Shown: positions 12,427-25,454 of the stretch, piece by piece
Layout: every line of letters begins with the position of its first letter
Position numbering within the stretch: position 1 is the stretch's first letter
NCBI RefSeq assembly: GCF_004010195.1
Contig: NC_057717.1
Location: forward strand, 102,917,676-102,981,675
Direction: 5' to 3'
DNA: 64,000 nt
Source of the DNA: Chiloscyllium plagiosum
Taxonomy: Eukaryota
The notes under the pieces: generated by a model
Told to the model about the DNA's origin: nothing
Database searches by the model: none
Seen by the model: only the letters and a program-made list of their open reading frames with translations
Made by a program: the position numbers and the translations under genes

Positions 12427-13265
12427 AGTCCAAAGGTGAAGGTCATCTGTGTAAGCCTGATATTGGATAGGACTCCTCCTGGCTTTTGGCAACTATTGCA
12501 GGTTAAGTGTCCACCTGCTCTCTCAGTAATTAGTTGATGTTAATGGAACACACAGAGTTAGCATCCTGTAGCCAGCTAATGCTGGCATATGTCTCTTTCT
12601 TTCATAAAGCATGTGTTGGGAAATTAATACTCTATCACAGGAAAAAACAAAAATGGATTGATTAATTAATGTGAACAATGTAATGAACTAAGGCGCTCTC
12701 ATTACAAGGTCTGCAACTCTCAGATCTCTGTGCTCCTCTAAATCTGGGTTGCCATGCAATCCTAATTTCCATCCTTTTCTCATCAGGGGCCATATCCCCA
12801 GCTGCCTGGACCCTAAGTTTTGGAATTCCCTCCTGAATCCCCTTCTTTCCTCTTTTATTTTAAAGATGCACCTTCAAACCAACCTATTTGATAAGGTTTG
12901 TCATCATCTGCCCGACTGCAGCTCAGTGTCAAAGGTATTTATTGATTACGGCCCTGTGATAACACCTTGGGAGATTTTACTGTGCATAGGTGCAATATAA
13001 ATGTAAATTGCTTCTGTAATTGTAACGTAAGCTGGCAGGCTGGAGCATGAGTAGCCATCACATATCAATGTGGCAACCAATTGTACACATGACTGAACAA
13101 ACGTGCTGCAGTTTTGTATCATTGCTAACCTCTGGCAATGTTTTTCAATCTCTGTACCTCGATAAATAATACAGAAAACCACCAAAACCTTGTGTATATC
13201 TGCTTGTATCGTTATACATACGTCCAAATGAAAGCCAAGGTAATTTTGACAAAGCCTATGGATGC

Positions 13266-13620
13266 CATAGAATCCTTACAGTGTGGTAGCAGGCCATTCA
13301 GCCCATTGAGTCCGCACGGACTCTCTGAAGAACATCCTACCCAGACCTAAACGCCTACCCTACCCCTGTAACACTGCATTTCCCATGGCTAATCCATCCA
13401 ACCTACACATCCCTGAACACTATGGGCAATTTAGCATGGCCAATCCACCCTAACCTGCACATCTTTGGACTGTGGGAGGAAACCAGAGCACCCAGAGGAA
13501 ACAGACTGAGGGAGAATGTGCAAACTCCACACAGACAGTCACCTGAGGCTGGAATCGAACCCGGCTCTGTACTGCTGTGAGATAGCAGTGCCAACCACTG
13601 TCCTGCACAGTGCCCTACCC
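13266..13620 (-). mobile_element. HE1 SINE
   Basis: Full-length reverse copy. Confidence 0.9.
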
Positions 13621-14604
13621 AATGCTTCTCCCTCAAGCAGCATCACAAAAGCCGACTTATCGCATTGCTGTTCTGGAAAAATTCTTTTTGATTTGGTTTT
13701 ATTTATCGCCACGTGTACTGAGGTGCGGTGAAAAGCTTTGTTTACAATCAGTCCAGGCAGATCAGAGTAAGCAGAGCTCAGATTACTAATCTTTGCAGTG
13801 CAGCAGCCAATAAATGTCCAAAGCACTTAATTAGTCACAAGAGGCTCTGAGGCCATGAAAGGTGCTATATAAATGCAGGGCCTCTTCCTTTCTATCTCTG
13901 CAATGTTTTAGAAATGGTTCAGTGGGGTATTCTCCCTCTCCATGCATTTGCCCAGTTTGTAATAAATGCTCCTATGACGGCTGATGCACAGGCAGCTTTG
14001 CCTCGCGGTCTGTGAAGAAGTAACTTCAACTCAGAGGGAAGCTTAAATACCATCGGCCTGAGTTTATATCAGACACTTCTGATAATTAGCGAGTTTCTTT
14101 GACAGATAGAAATGCTTTTATTTATAGAGCACTTTGTGCTGTCGCCAAGCCTGAGTTCCTCATGCGATGGATTACTCCAGGAATGCAGTGCCTCTTAAAC
14201 AAAATGATGCAGAGGGCAAAGATCACAGTGTGTAAGAAGGGAAATAGATTAACAGCTAATGTACGCTTGGCTTGCCTGATCTCCTGTCATGGTTCTGTTC
14301 CATTGGAGCAAGTCAGAGAACATTTTCTTTTTGATCTCTTATTGGCGTTGGAGTGACTTTTCTCTCATGACTGGTTTCATGGCTGTTGGAGGTTAAAAGG
14401 TGGGGATTAGGTTATAGTTGTTCAGTTGCCTCTGATGACCTCAAATTTGGGGTAGACCTCTGTTGCACAAGGTAATGGTTCTGAAAGGGTTAATGCTAGA
14501 GACTGCGTTTTGATCACCCAATCTGATGAGGTTGTACATGAAAGGGTGTCAGATGGAGATGTATCTGTCATTGTTCACTGCTGAATTATTTGGTTATTAT
14601 CTGG

Positions 14605-14742
14605 AGATCTGAAGAGGAATCATGCCCACACTCAAATTATTAATTTTGTTTCTCTCTCTTCATAGGTGCTGCAAGACCTGTTGAGTTTCTCAAGGTTTCT
14701 CTGTGTTGGTTTCAGATTTTCAACATCTGCATTATTTTGCTT
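14605..14742 (+). mobile_element. Family C pLTR-derived short element (highly degenerate)
   Basis: tctgaagag..tctctcttcataggtgctgcaagacctgttgagtttctc..ttcagattttcaacatctgca, similar to 58530-58660. Confidence 0.6.
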
Positions 14743-15108
14743 ATAATTAATTATTGTGCTGGCTATGCCCAACTAACCAATGTAACTTGTACCCATCATG
14801 CAATAGACAGCATTTTATTGTTAAGTGTGTCTTCTTGTTAAGATCCACTTGTGGTTTATCCTCTTCTACTGTTAATAAAACAGGCCATTTTGATTCACTA
14901 AGTATTGAAAGGAGGATTCCAGACCCCAACTCCTCATTCATGGATGGTCCATGCTGAGGGGGTCAGGGTAGTCTGGGGGCAGGCAAAGACCTTTAGGAGC
15001 AGAGATATGTCATAGCTACCGGAAACAACATAGACTCATAGAGTAATTCAGCATGAAAACAGGCCATTTGGCCCAAACTTACCATGTTGGCAGTTCCAAT
15101 TTTGTTTT

Positions 15109-15398
15109 AAGATTAGATTAGATTCCCTACAGTGTTGAATCAGGCCCTTCAGCCCAACCCGACCCTCCAAAGAGCAACCCACCCAGACCCATTCCCCTAC
15201 ACGCAATTTAGCATGGCCAGTTCACCTAACCTGCACATGTTTGGACTGTGGGAAGAAACCGGAGCACCCAGAGGAAACCCACACAGATACGGAGAGAATG
15301 TGCAAACTCCACACAGATAGTTGCCTGAGGTGGGAATTGAACCTGGGTCTCTGGCTTGTGAGGCAGCAGTGCTAACCACTATGCCAGCGTGCTGCCCA
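15109..15398 (-). mobile_element. HE1 SINE with (ATCTA)n tail
   Basis: agattagattagatt tail in reverse, V-domain, tRNA head. Confidence 0.9.
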
Positions 15399-15761
15399 CA
15401 TTTGGTCCCTATCCCTCTAAACCCTTCCCATCCATGTAGCTATCAAAATGTTGATATTGTACCTGCCTCAACCACTTTCTCTAGCACCCCATTCCATATA
15501 TGCAACCCTCTCTACATGAAGAATATTCTGATTTAAGTTTGATAAATTTCCATTTTCCTCTTGAATTTTTTTTTTTGCTTTGGTGATGTGTTGCTGCTAC
15601 AATGTGTGGGATCTGCTGGACATCAAGGTGACCCAGAGTGAACACATCTGTGGAGTGTTTTTTTTTGCCATTGGAGGCTACTTCAGATCTGAGTTGTGGA
15701 ACTGAGTCTGAGCTGCAGACACTGCTGTGTCAGGCAAGGTACAGTTGTGAGGTTCTTGTAA

Positions 15762-16086
15762 GCTGGGGAGACACTGCTGCCCCACAGAGCCAGGAACCCT
15801 GGTTTGATTCCAGCCTTAGGACTGTCTGTGTGGAGCTTGCACATTTCCTGTGTCTGTGTGGGTTTCCTTTGTGTGCTCTGGTTTCCTCCCACAGTCCGAC
15901 GATGTGCAGGTTAGGGTGAATTGGTCATGCTAAATTGCCCGTGGTTTTCAGGGATGAGTAGATTAGGTGCATTAGTCTGAGGTAAATGTAAAGTAATGGG
16001 GAATGGGTCTGGGTGAGATGCTCTTTGGAGGGTCTGTGAGAAACTGTTGGACCTAACGGCCTGTTTCCACACTGTAGGGATTCTAG
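15762..16086 (+). mobile_element. HE1 SINE
   Basis: V-domain and ggcctgtttccacactgtagggattcta tail. Confidence 0.88.
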
Positions 16087-17404
16087 GAAGCTGTGCGGAC
16101 AAGAGTGGATACAACAGGGAAACTGAACAAACTCTTAAGGTAAAGCCAGCAACTTCAATTTACACGTAAGTGATCAGTTTTGCAGCACTTTAGAATGTCA
16201 TGTAAGCATGAAAGATCTCATACAAATGCAAACTGTGCTTTTCCTACACTGAGCTACCTGAGCCCTAGCTTTCGGAAGGCCGTCTCCTTGCATTAGCAGA
16301 ATAATTTCTGGTTTAAACATAACTGATTCTGTGTGGAGTTGGAGTCTAAGATGGAAAAATGTGATCTAAAATCCTGCAAGAATTGGATTCTGAAATAAAA
16401 GGCAAGCTTTTTGAATGATTTCTATTGATCTTCCTTCAACAAACCATCACAAGTCTGACTCTGTCCTAATTGCATGTTGCTTTCACAAATAACAGAGCTT
16501 TTCTCTATGCCCATTATAGCTGCTAGTGCTTGAGGAGGTTTCGAAGCTAGAAGAATATGTGTCTTCCTGATGCAGGAGAAATTAATCGTTGTTTTGGAAA
16601 TGTCTTCTACTTTCAGGCAGGGGATGTGTCTCGTTCTTTATTGTGCGTTAAGTCTTCCACAGAGAACCTGGAAAGGAAATTAGAAGCAAGGAAGGTATCT
16701 GACTCAAGAGATGGATTTAATCAAGACTCAATTACTTTGCCTGAGATTTGTGGACACACAATTAATATACCTCGCTTGCCTGAGTTAAGATCTAGTTGGC
16801 TGCGAACCAAACGTGGAGTCTGATAACCTGCCCCCTCCCCTGTGTAACACAGTGCTAGACACAGCTGACTGATCTCACTTTGATGGAACTAAGAGCTTGA
16901 TAGGCAGCTCCTGCTGGATATAAGACAGGTTACAAGCCTGTGAATTACGTTGACCTCCTGTGATGCCCCAGTCCACAATTTCTTGACCAAGGCTCCCAAA
17001 GCGCAACACTCCTCTCAACGGAGACCAGTTAATCCAAGGTCCATCCCTTCATGTTTACTGCATTCAGTACTTCGTGGCCTTTATTTCCACTGAAATAAAG
17101 AGAATATTGATGCTACCTGAATGACTTGTCAAAATTAATTGGCAGCAGGGAATGTGTTAAACCTTGACAGCAAAAGGGGAATTGGTGTAACTCATTAGCG
17201 TTTGTGGGGCATTTTGTTTCTGAAGACAATCCATGTCTTTAAAAGTCTTGCATCACACCCTATTGTGTGCTTAGCTTTCTGCTGTGACATAGTGACTCAT
17301 ACTCCTTGTTAACCTTAAACATTGCAGCTGTCCACATCACCATTTAGAGGAAGAATCTTTGCATACTTTGGAGGCTCTAACCAATCACAGTGGAGGGAGT
17401 CCAC

Positions 17405-17490
17405 TGTGCTGGAAAAGCACAGCAGGTCAGGCAGCATCCGAGGAGCAGGAAAATCGACATTTTGGGCAAAAGCCCTTCATCAGGAATGAA
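17405..17490 (-). mobile_element. Family A short element, followed by a partial HE1 (17497-17658, minus)
   Basis: Reverse strand reads AUUC-CUGAUGA-A-GGGC(UUUU)GCCC-AAAA-UG-UC (G12 lost). Confidence 0.8.
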
Positions 17491-17796
17491 TGCAATTAAG
17501 CCAATCCAACTAACCTGCACATAATTGGACTACAAGAGGAAACCCACACAGACACAGGGAGAATGTACAAGCTCCACTCCTTGTCCGAGGCTGGAATCAA
17601 ACCGGGTCCCTGGCGCTGTGAGGCAGCAGTGCTATCTATTGAGTCACCGTGCCACCCTCAAAGGCTGTAAATCTAACACCCGACATATGAACATTTCCTG
17701 AACTTAGCTACAGCTCCTTTATATTGTCCTGCGTTGTGTACCGGCCTAGCGAGCAAATCGATTTGGGTATAGAACCCATTCACATCCCATGGGCTG

Positions 17797-17939
17797 AGAC
17801 AAAGTGAGGGCTGCAGTTACTGGAGAGTCAGAGTCGAAAAGTGTGGCGCTGGAAAAAGCACATCAGGTCAGGCAGCATCCGTGGAGCGGGAGAATCAATG
17901 TTTTGGGCATAAGCTCTTTGCCGGGAATTTGCAGCACCA
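17797..17939 (-). mobile_element. Family A short element
   Basis: Family A body; imperfect TSD cacatcccatgggctg (17781-17796) / cacatcccagagactg (17940-17955). Confidence 0.8.
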
Positions 17940-18499
17940 CACATCCCAGAGACTGCCTGTTCATGGTTTGTTGACAGACAGAGATAAGCTGGTGTGACAC
18001 TCAGTGGTTCCCTGTCAGGTTTTGCTTGACAATCCCTGCAGCAATGTGCCTTGGGATGCTTTGCTTCCCAAAAAGGTGCCACATAAATGCAGGTTGCTGT
18101 CACTCGGCTTGCAATGGGTACTTTCAGCCTCCTCAGTGATCTCTGACAGCCGATAATTTGTGTGCTTCCCTGGTGCATACAAACACATCTGGGGGTTGTA
18201 ATTCTGTGCGACGGAATATTTCAAAATTTGCCAAAGGCACCAGTCTCGGAGGAGTGACAAGCAATGAGGATGTGACTTATTGACCGTAACAGGATATGGA
18301 CATATGAGCAGAACTGGTAGATAAATGGCAGGTGCAATGTACTACAGAAAAGTGTCAGATCTAGCATTTTGGCAGAAGTGATAGTGTAGTAATGAGAGGC
18401 CTGCTTGCTTGTGATTGAACATTACCAGCATTGATAGACATCGTTACTTTCAGTCCTGTGCTATAACTTCACTAAGTCAGTACCTCAGTCCCTATTTGG

Positions 18500-19270
18500 T
18501 ATGCCAGGTGGTACTCCTGGCATATCCGTTAAACCAGTGTTGAAGGCAATAGTTGAGAGGGGGATGAGGTTACAGATTGGACTGGAGTACAGTTCTGCTG
18601 CTGTTGGTGGCCTACAGCGCCTCATGGGTACCCAGTCTCCAGTGGCTAGATCTGGTCAAAATCTGCCCCGTTATAAACAGTCACACAATATGATGGAGGG
18701 TATTCACAATAAAAAGGTGGGATTTTGTCTCCACAGAGACCGTGTGGTGGTCATCCTTATTGATACTGTTGTAGACAGATGCATCTGCAGCCGGCAGATT
18801 AGTGAGGATGAGGTCATGTGTGTTTTTCTCTCTTGTTGGTTCCCTCGCCAGTTGCTACAGACCCAGTTTTGCAGCTATGTCCGTTAGGATCTGACCAGCC
18901 TGATCAGTATTACTGCTGCCAAACTACACTTGGTGGTAGATATTGCGTTGCCCCCACCCTGAATACATTCTACATTTTACACCCTTGCCCCTCTCAGTGC
19001 TTCCTCCAAGAGGTGTTCAACACGGGGGAAGAGTTGGGGATGGATGGAGCGGGTGATACTCAGCAGGAGGTTTCCTTGCCTATGTTTGACTTGGTGTCTT
19101 GAAACTTCATGGGGTCTGGAATCAAAGTTAAAAAGCAACTCCATCTCATCCAGTTTACCACTGTGCCATCATCTCTGCTGGGCCTGTCCTGTTAGTGGAA
19201 CAGCATCTATCCAGTGATACTGAAGGTAGCACCTGGGACTTTGACTGCAACATATTATTCAACAAGAATG
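18500..19270 (-). mobile_element. Old LINE fragment (probably endonuclease region of the CR1/L2-like family)
   Basis: Degenerate LINE-like sequence; no intact ORF. Confidence 0.45.
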
Positions 19271-19998
19271 ATTATTTCTTGACTATGACTCTGTTACTTG
19301 ACTATACCGCGAGACCTAGGTCCCATAATCATTGTACACTCAACTAATGGGAATATTTTTTGTCGGCTTCATTTAGCCCTGGGATAATGTTCTACCCTTC
19401 TATTAAATCTCCTCTCAACCTCACCAAATGTTAGTACATGACTTTGCTAGGTCAGCAAGGGTGTGCAGAGTGTTGTTTCCAGGATCTTGGTCAAAGCTGA
19501 GTGGTTCTGTCCAGTTTCTATCCCTTTCTTTGACTTTGGAATGGTAATGGCCCTTGAGAAGGTGTTGAGGAGCTGACTTGAACTATGGCAGTCCATGTGC
19601 TTTAAGTTCACCTATACTGCTATATCTACACTGATGATAACTTTGCTTTCCCAAAGATGATTTGGGATATTAAAGGGATGTGAGGAACAGTTGATTTTAG
19701 CACTTTGAATGACATAATGATGCCAATGTTCATTTTGAAGGTAAAACAAGGATTGGTTAAACTTGAACTTGGCTCCTTCGGCCACGCTGGTATCCTCACC
19801 CCAGGGTATCAAGGTAACTAGGAGAGCCAGGTTACAGTTCTTTCACAGTTTGCATCAGCCTCTTGGTCTCAAGAGACTCTATAAAGAAGTGATTTTAACA
19901 ACAGGCTCCAATGAGTCAGAAAAAAAATTTCTAAATTTGACTGTGCAACATTTTGGTACAAATATTTGTGTCTGGGTGTGTGAGAGACAGACAGCACT

Positions 19999-20160
19999 CT
20001 AGCCTGTATATCTTTGGATTGTGGGAAGATATTGGAGCATACCCATGCACACACAGGGAAAATGTGCAAACTCCACACAGACAGAGTGCCCGAGGCTGGA
20101 ATCGAACTCATGTCCCGGGCACTGTCAGGCAGCAGTGCTAACCGCTGAGCCACTGTGCCT
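19999..20160 (-). mobile_element. HE1 SINE 5' part
   Basis: tRNA head and V-domain in reverse. Confidence 0.85.
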
Positions 20161-21030
20161 TCTTCCACCATTGTGCTGCCCCTTAATTGGAAATTTATCA
20201 CTATTCCTTCAGTGTTGCTGGGTCAAAATCCTGGAACCGCCTCCCTAACAGGACTGTGTGTGTGTCCCTACAGCACATGGACTGCAGTGGTTCAAGATGG
20301 CAGTTCACCACCATCTTCTTAAAGATACTGGCCCAGCCAGCAGCACCCATCAACCAAGGATGAGTGAAAACATTTCTATACTCACTTTCGCATGAAATAC
20401 TTCACTTTATCTCTTTTAAACAAGTACGTTTACAAATGGTTTGTCTTTAAGAGATGATTTCTCTGGAATAAATACTCCTTGTAGTATTTAGTTAATCCCA
20501 TCATGATGTTAACCGAGTGGTGTTCCATGTTTTTTTTTCCAAATGAAACAAACATTGCTCCAGACCTGAATCTTCTTGGCTGCAAAATTCAGCCTCTCGG
20601 GTCACTGATTAATTTTAAGTTCTCTGTTCTCATTGGTTTGGAGATGTCTTGAGCTGCTGTATTCACACTGCTCCGATCAGGCCTTATTCAAGTGGCAAGA
20701 TTTTTTTTTTGTTTGCAAATTACTGGGCCATTGAATTCGCAACAAGACTGATCAGCAGATAAATCACTGTGAGCGCAAATAGCATCTGGATTTTAAAAGG
20801 CAATTTCCAAGGACTTACAAAGATGAACCATTCTCTGGTTATTAATTAAAATCCCCCATTGCAATGAAGTTTCCACTTGACCTTTCAAGTCCTTTTGTGC
20901 TGAGTCGCACGCTGGCTTCTGATTTCCTGCAGCCCTGTTGAGTCTTATCAAGGCTTGAATGGGGTGAGACATTTGAAAAAGAATAACAGCTAATGGACAG
21001 GCACTAGAAACAGAGTGGAATCTAGATGGT

Positions 21031-21164
21031 AGGAGCAAATTACGGCAGCTGCTGGAACCCGTACTGAAAGCAACAAATGCTGGAGGTCACAGCGGGTCAG
21101 GCAGTATCCATGGAGAGAAAGCAAGCTAACATTTCGAGAACAACCAGAATTCCTGTCTGTTTTT
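21031..21164 (-). mobile_element. Family D pLTR-derived short element
   Basis: aggagcaaattacggcagctgctgg..gggtcaggcagtatccatggagagaaagcaagctaacatttcgag; TSD tggaatctagat(g/a)gt at 21016-21030 and 21165-21179; plus-strand relative at 29685-29806. Confidence 0.75.
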
Positions 21165-21690
21165 TGGAATCTAGATAGTGAGTAATTGGAGGGATAATTG
21201 TGTCTCACTATACCAGCAGCACCAGTTAAAGTAACCTTAATCTCACCCGGCCACTCTTAGAGAGGATTATCAGATTTATGAACTGACCTCTCGTATATTA
21301 GAGTTGATCTTGCCCTGCACTTTCTCTGTAGCTGTATCATTCTATTCTGCATTCTGTTCTATTACCCTGCTGTCTTATGTGCAGGGCGATGTGTCAGGTT
21401 AGCACGTAAAACAATACTTTTCACTGTGTCACTGTACAAGTGACAATAATAACAAATTAAGTTGTTGGTTTAACCTGAGGGTCAGCATACCTCAGGTGAG
21501 GGGAGGGGTTGAGAAGGAGAGTCCTGAATGGGAAGGGATGAGAGGGATGTGGGCCAAATGTTGGCAAATGGGACTAGGTTAATGTAGGGTATCTGGTCAG
21601 CATGGACAAGTTGGACCAAAGAGTCTCTGGGAATTAAACTCATGCTGTTGTCATTGCTGTATGTTACAGACTAGCCATTCAACCAACTGA

Positions 21691-21988
21691 TTCTGGATTA
21701 GTGGTGCTGAAAGAGCACAGCAGTTCAGGCAGCATCCAAGGAGCTTCGAAATCGACGTTACGGGCAAAAGCCCTTCATCAGGAATAAAGGCAGTGAGCCT
21801 GAAGCGTGGAGAGATAAGCTAGAGGAGGGTGGGGGTGGGGAGAAAGTAGCATAGAGTACAATGGGTGAGTGGGGGAGGGGATGAAGGTGATAGGTCAGGG
21901 AGGAGAGGATGGAGTGGATAGGTGGAAAAGGAGATAGGCAGGTAGGACAAGTCCGGACAAGTCATGGGGTCAGTACTGAGCTGGAAGG
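21691..21988 (-). mobile_element. Family A (young variant) Penelope pLTR plus purine-rich flank
   Basis: aatcgacgttacgggcaaaagcccttcatcaggaat followed by a G-rich segment homologous to 9445-9620. Confidence 0.85.
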
Positions 21989-22026
21989 CTAACTGATCCC
22001 CCTCTGCCAGGCAAATCACAGCTTTA

Positions 22027-22158
22027 CTAGGCAGAAGTGGGTATTGCAGATGTTGGAGATTAGAATCAAGATCAGAGTGGTGCTGGAAAAGCACAGCAGG
22101 TCAAGCAGCATCCGAGGAGCAGGAAAATCAATGTTTCGGGCCGAAGCCCTTTATTCGG
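22027..22158 (-). mobile_element. Family A short element
   Basis: Perfect 14-bp TSD aaatcacagcttta at 22013-22026 and 22159-22172. Confidence 0.88.
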
Positions 22159-22879
22159 AAATCACAGCTTTAGATGCTGTAAATGCAAGGACACCCATTT
22201 CTTCCAATTCATATCTTTGTCTCCTCATTTTACCATTTTTTTTTCACTGAATGTGTTCCCTCCTTCTCCCGCCCTCATTCTTCCCCCTCACTGTTCCTCA
22301 TTCTCTCTCTGTCTCTCTGGTGCTAATGGCTCACCATTGATCTCATACAAAGGAACAATGGTCCTGGCCTGAAGGACAGAGACCAATTGTTTACTTGGGA
22401 ACTGCCTCATTAAGTTGAAACTGATTCATGTGGAACCCTATTAAATGACCAAAACCGCTGGTCTCCCAAACAATAACAGTTTTAATTGTACATTCTCTTC
22501 ACTTGTTTTCAGTTCAGTCTGGTCAGGATCTAATTACTGTCAATGCTACTCTGCAAAGAAGTTAAGGCGTGAGAACATCACAGCCTCCACTCCAACTGAA
22601 CTCAGTCTGCCTCACATCTCTACTTCTTCAAAACACTGTTTTGCAGAAGAACGCTCATTGACAATTGAACTGACTTCATATTGTTTTGCCTCCGAGCACA
22701 ATGAAAAGGAACTATTTAGTCACTTTCACCTATCTGCATCCACACAGAAGAAAAACACCCTCCACCAATACTGACACTGTGGACTTCAACAAAAGTCATC
22801 TTTATGAATGGCCATTTCTTTGATTTTTTAAGCATTCCTAATTGTAAGCTTCCTTTTCTGTATTTATTTTCTCTTCCTC

Positions 22880-23280
22880 GTGAGAGATTGTCTGTGTTAG
22901 AGAATGTGTGTGCATGTGTCTGAGACAGTGTGGGAATGTGAGTGCACGTGAGAGAATGCATGTGAGGGAGAGAGAGAGTGTGTGTGTGTGCGTGCGTGTA
23001 TGCAAGAGAGTGAGAGAGAGAGAGTATGTGTGTGCAAGAGAGTATGTGTGTGCGAGAGAGATTGTGTGAGACAGTATGTGTGTGCGAGAGAGCATGTGTG
23101 CACGAGAGAATGTGTGTGAGAGTTTGTGTGAGACTGAGTGTGTGAAAGAGAGTGCGTGTGTGTGTGTGTGAGAAAGTGAATTGTGTGTGAGAGATAAAAT
23201 GAGTGTGTGCGTTTGAGACTGAGTGTGAGAGCGAGGATGTCTGGATGTGTGCAGGTGTATGTTGAGAGAATTGGAGAAAC
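22880..23280. repeat. Compound (TG)n/(GA)n microsatellite, followed by a pyrimidine-rich tract at about 23385-23585
   Basis: Directly visible alternating tgtg/gaga runs. Confidence 0.95.
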
Positions 23281-24324
23281 ACACAACAGCCCCTTTCAAA
23301 AAGGAAAAGAAATTTGAGTAACTAACTAAAACTACAAGATAAATGGAAAAAAAAGTCCCTCTTTTTGTCGGTAATACACTCATTACCCCCCCCCCCCCAT
23401 ATTCCACTCCTCTCTCTCCCCCCACATTCCTCCCCACCTTTCATTTATCCCTCCCCTTGTTTCCCCCTTTTTCTTTCTCAAATCTCCCTGTCTCTCACCC
23501 TCCTTATTGCTGTCTCACCCATCCTTATTTCTTCTCTCTCCAGCACTGTCCCCTTGTCTTCTCCATTTATTGTTCCTTTGCTCTGTAGAGATTAACAGTG
23601 CTGACAGAATCTGCCCAAGTTATGTTCTGCTCCTTCTATTGTCAACTATTTGACAAGTCAGGAGAGTGAGGATCAGCTGAATGTTACTATGTGCAGCTCA
23701 GTATTTGACAGTAAAGTGACAGGAAGGCATTGCATAAAGACATCTCATTATACCATCACATTTTAATAGTGCATGAGTTTATGTAGCAAAAGCATCCAGA
23801 AATTATTTGCTGTGGCTGGAAACGACACTAAGCAATGAAGTTAATGAGTTTAATCAAGGCTAAATGAAAATCTAATTAAACCCTTTTATCATTTCCTCTA
23901 ATGATGGTCACCAGACCTTGAGTTCAGCTCCTAAGGTGATTATCTTCTATGTGTCTGACTGACTGATGTCCATTGAAATCCCTACCTTCATTGCAATTGC
24001 TGGTAAACATCTATCCTTAATCTCTGAGCTCCCACCGCCACCTTCTCTGCTCTGTATCAGTCAGTCACAAGTTCTCACCATCCCTCAAGAATCTCAGATG
24101 TTATTTTCCGCTACTCTGACACCTTGGTCGGTATTCCAAAATCGGAGTAATGTAAAAATAAAGCCAAGAGATGGGAGGTAAAAGCTCAGGGTAGTTATGG
24201 GGATGTGGAATTCGGGGTTAAGGGGTGTACTGAAAGGCTTTCATTATATTCTAACTTTTTAACGGCCTGTCCAGAGTTGCTGTCACACACCTCTGGAGCA
24301 AGTGGGACTTCTGAAAATGTATTC

Positions 24325-24855
24325 AGTCATGTGATGTTGGTGTCACTGGCTGGGCCCAGCATTTATTGCCCATCCCTAGTTGCCCCTTGAGAAGGTTGGG
24401 GTGAGCTGCCTTCTTGAACCGCTGCAGTGCACCTGCTGTGGGTTGACCCATAATACCCTTGGGGAGGGAATTCCTGGATTTTGACCCAGCGACAGTGAAG
24501 GAATGAAGATATAATTCCAAGTCAGGAAGGTGAGTGCCTTGGAGAGGGTGATATTCCCAGGCGCCTGTCACCCTTGTCCTTCTAGATGGAAGTGGTTGTG
24601 GGTTTGGAAGGTGCTGTCTGAGGATCTTTGGTAAATTTCTGCAATACATCTTGTAGATGGTACACACTGCTGCTACTGAGCATTGGTGGTGATGGGAGTA
24701 AATGTTTGTGGATGTGGTGCCAATCAAGCGGGCTGCTTTATCTTGGATAGTGTCAAGCTTCTTGAGTGTTGTTGGAGCTGCCCCCATCCAGACAAGTTGG
24801 GGGGGTATTCCATCACAGTCCTGACTTGGGCCTTGTAGATGATGGACAGGCTTGA
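24325..24855 (-). mobile_element. CR1/L2-like LINE 3' end (second family)
   Basis: ORF 24323..24787 LKKLDTIQDKAARLIG..AAVCTIYKM..FTVAGSKSRNSLP..FKKAAH; tail gatgggcaataaatgctggg. Confidence 0.85.
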
Positions 24856-25454
24856 ATCTAGGCCTCCTAAGTCCAGAAGTAGGGGCTTACCACTGCACCC
24901 ATACATCCCCAAGATTAACATTATGGCACGCTCTACATAATTGCCTGAGGTCCTAAAGTACTTGGAACCCAAGCAAGTGCTGTTTAAATGTAGTCACTAT
25001 TGCAATGCAGGGAGTTTGTGTTGAGTGAATAACTGATGCTAACCACAGGCAATGGGTAGATTACTACCCCCTTCTCCTTTCCCAACAGGGTGTACAAGGT
25101 CTACTTAGTCATGTATGCTCAAAGAAAGCTTGATAGTCTAACGCAAAGAGGCGCCACCCTTCGCCAAGGTGCAGTTTATTGGAGGGTAACAATCATTTAC
25201 ATGTTACATTAGTAAGAGAGATGTCCTGGCAACAACAAAGAGGAGACTGTTATAAGAGGCCCATCTACTTTGGGAGCAGCCTTTTCCCCCCTCCCAACTC
25301 CTCATGACATGGTCAGATTGGGCAAAGCTCACTGCAGTCTCTGGGGTTACCCCTTCTCAGAGCCATCACCTCTTACAACAACTCACACACAGCAAACAAC
25401 AGCAGTAGTAATGACCACATGAGCTGCTTTAGTGATGTTGGTTCCATTGTTGTC

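Noticed and set aside
16617..16694. 78-nt plus-strand exon candidate (AGDVSRSLLCVKSSTENLERKLEARK)
   Set aside because: Weak donor (gtatct), unrecognised peptide and no partner exons.
22716..23437. Three overlapping 129-199 aa ORFs rich in H/T/L/S
   Set aside because: Translations of the TG/GA microsatellite; stop-free by composition.
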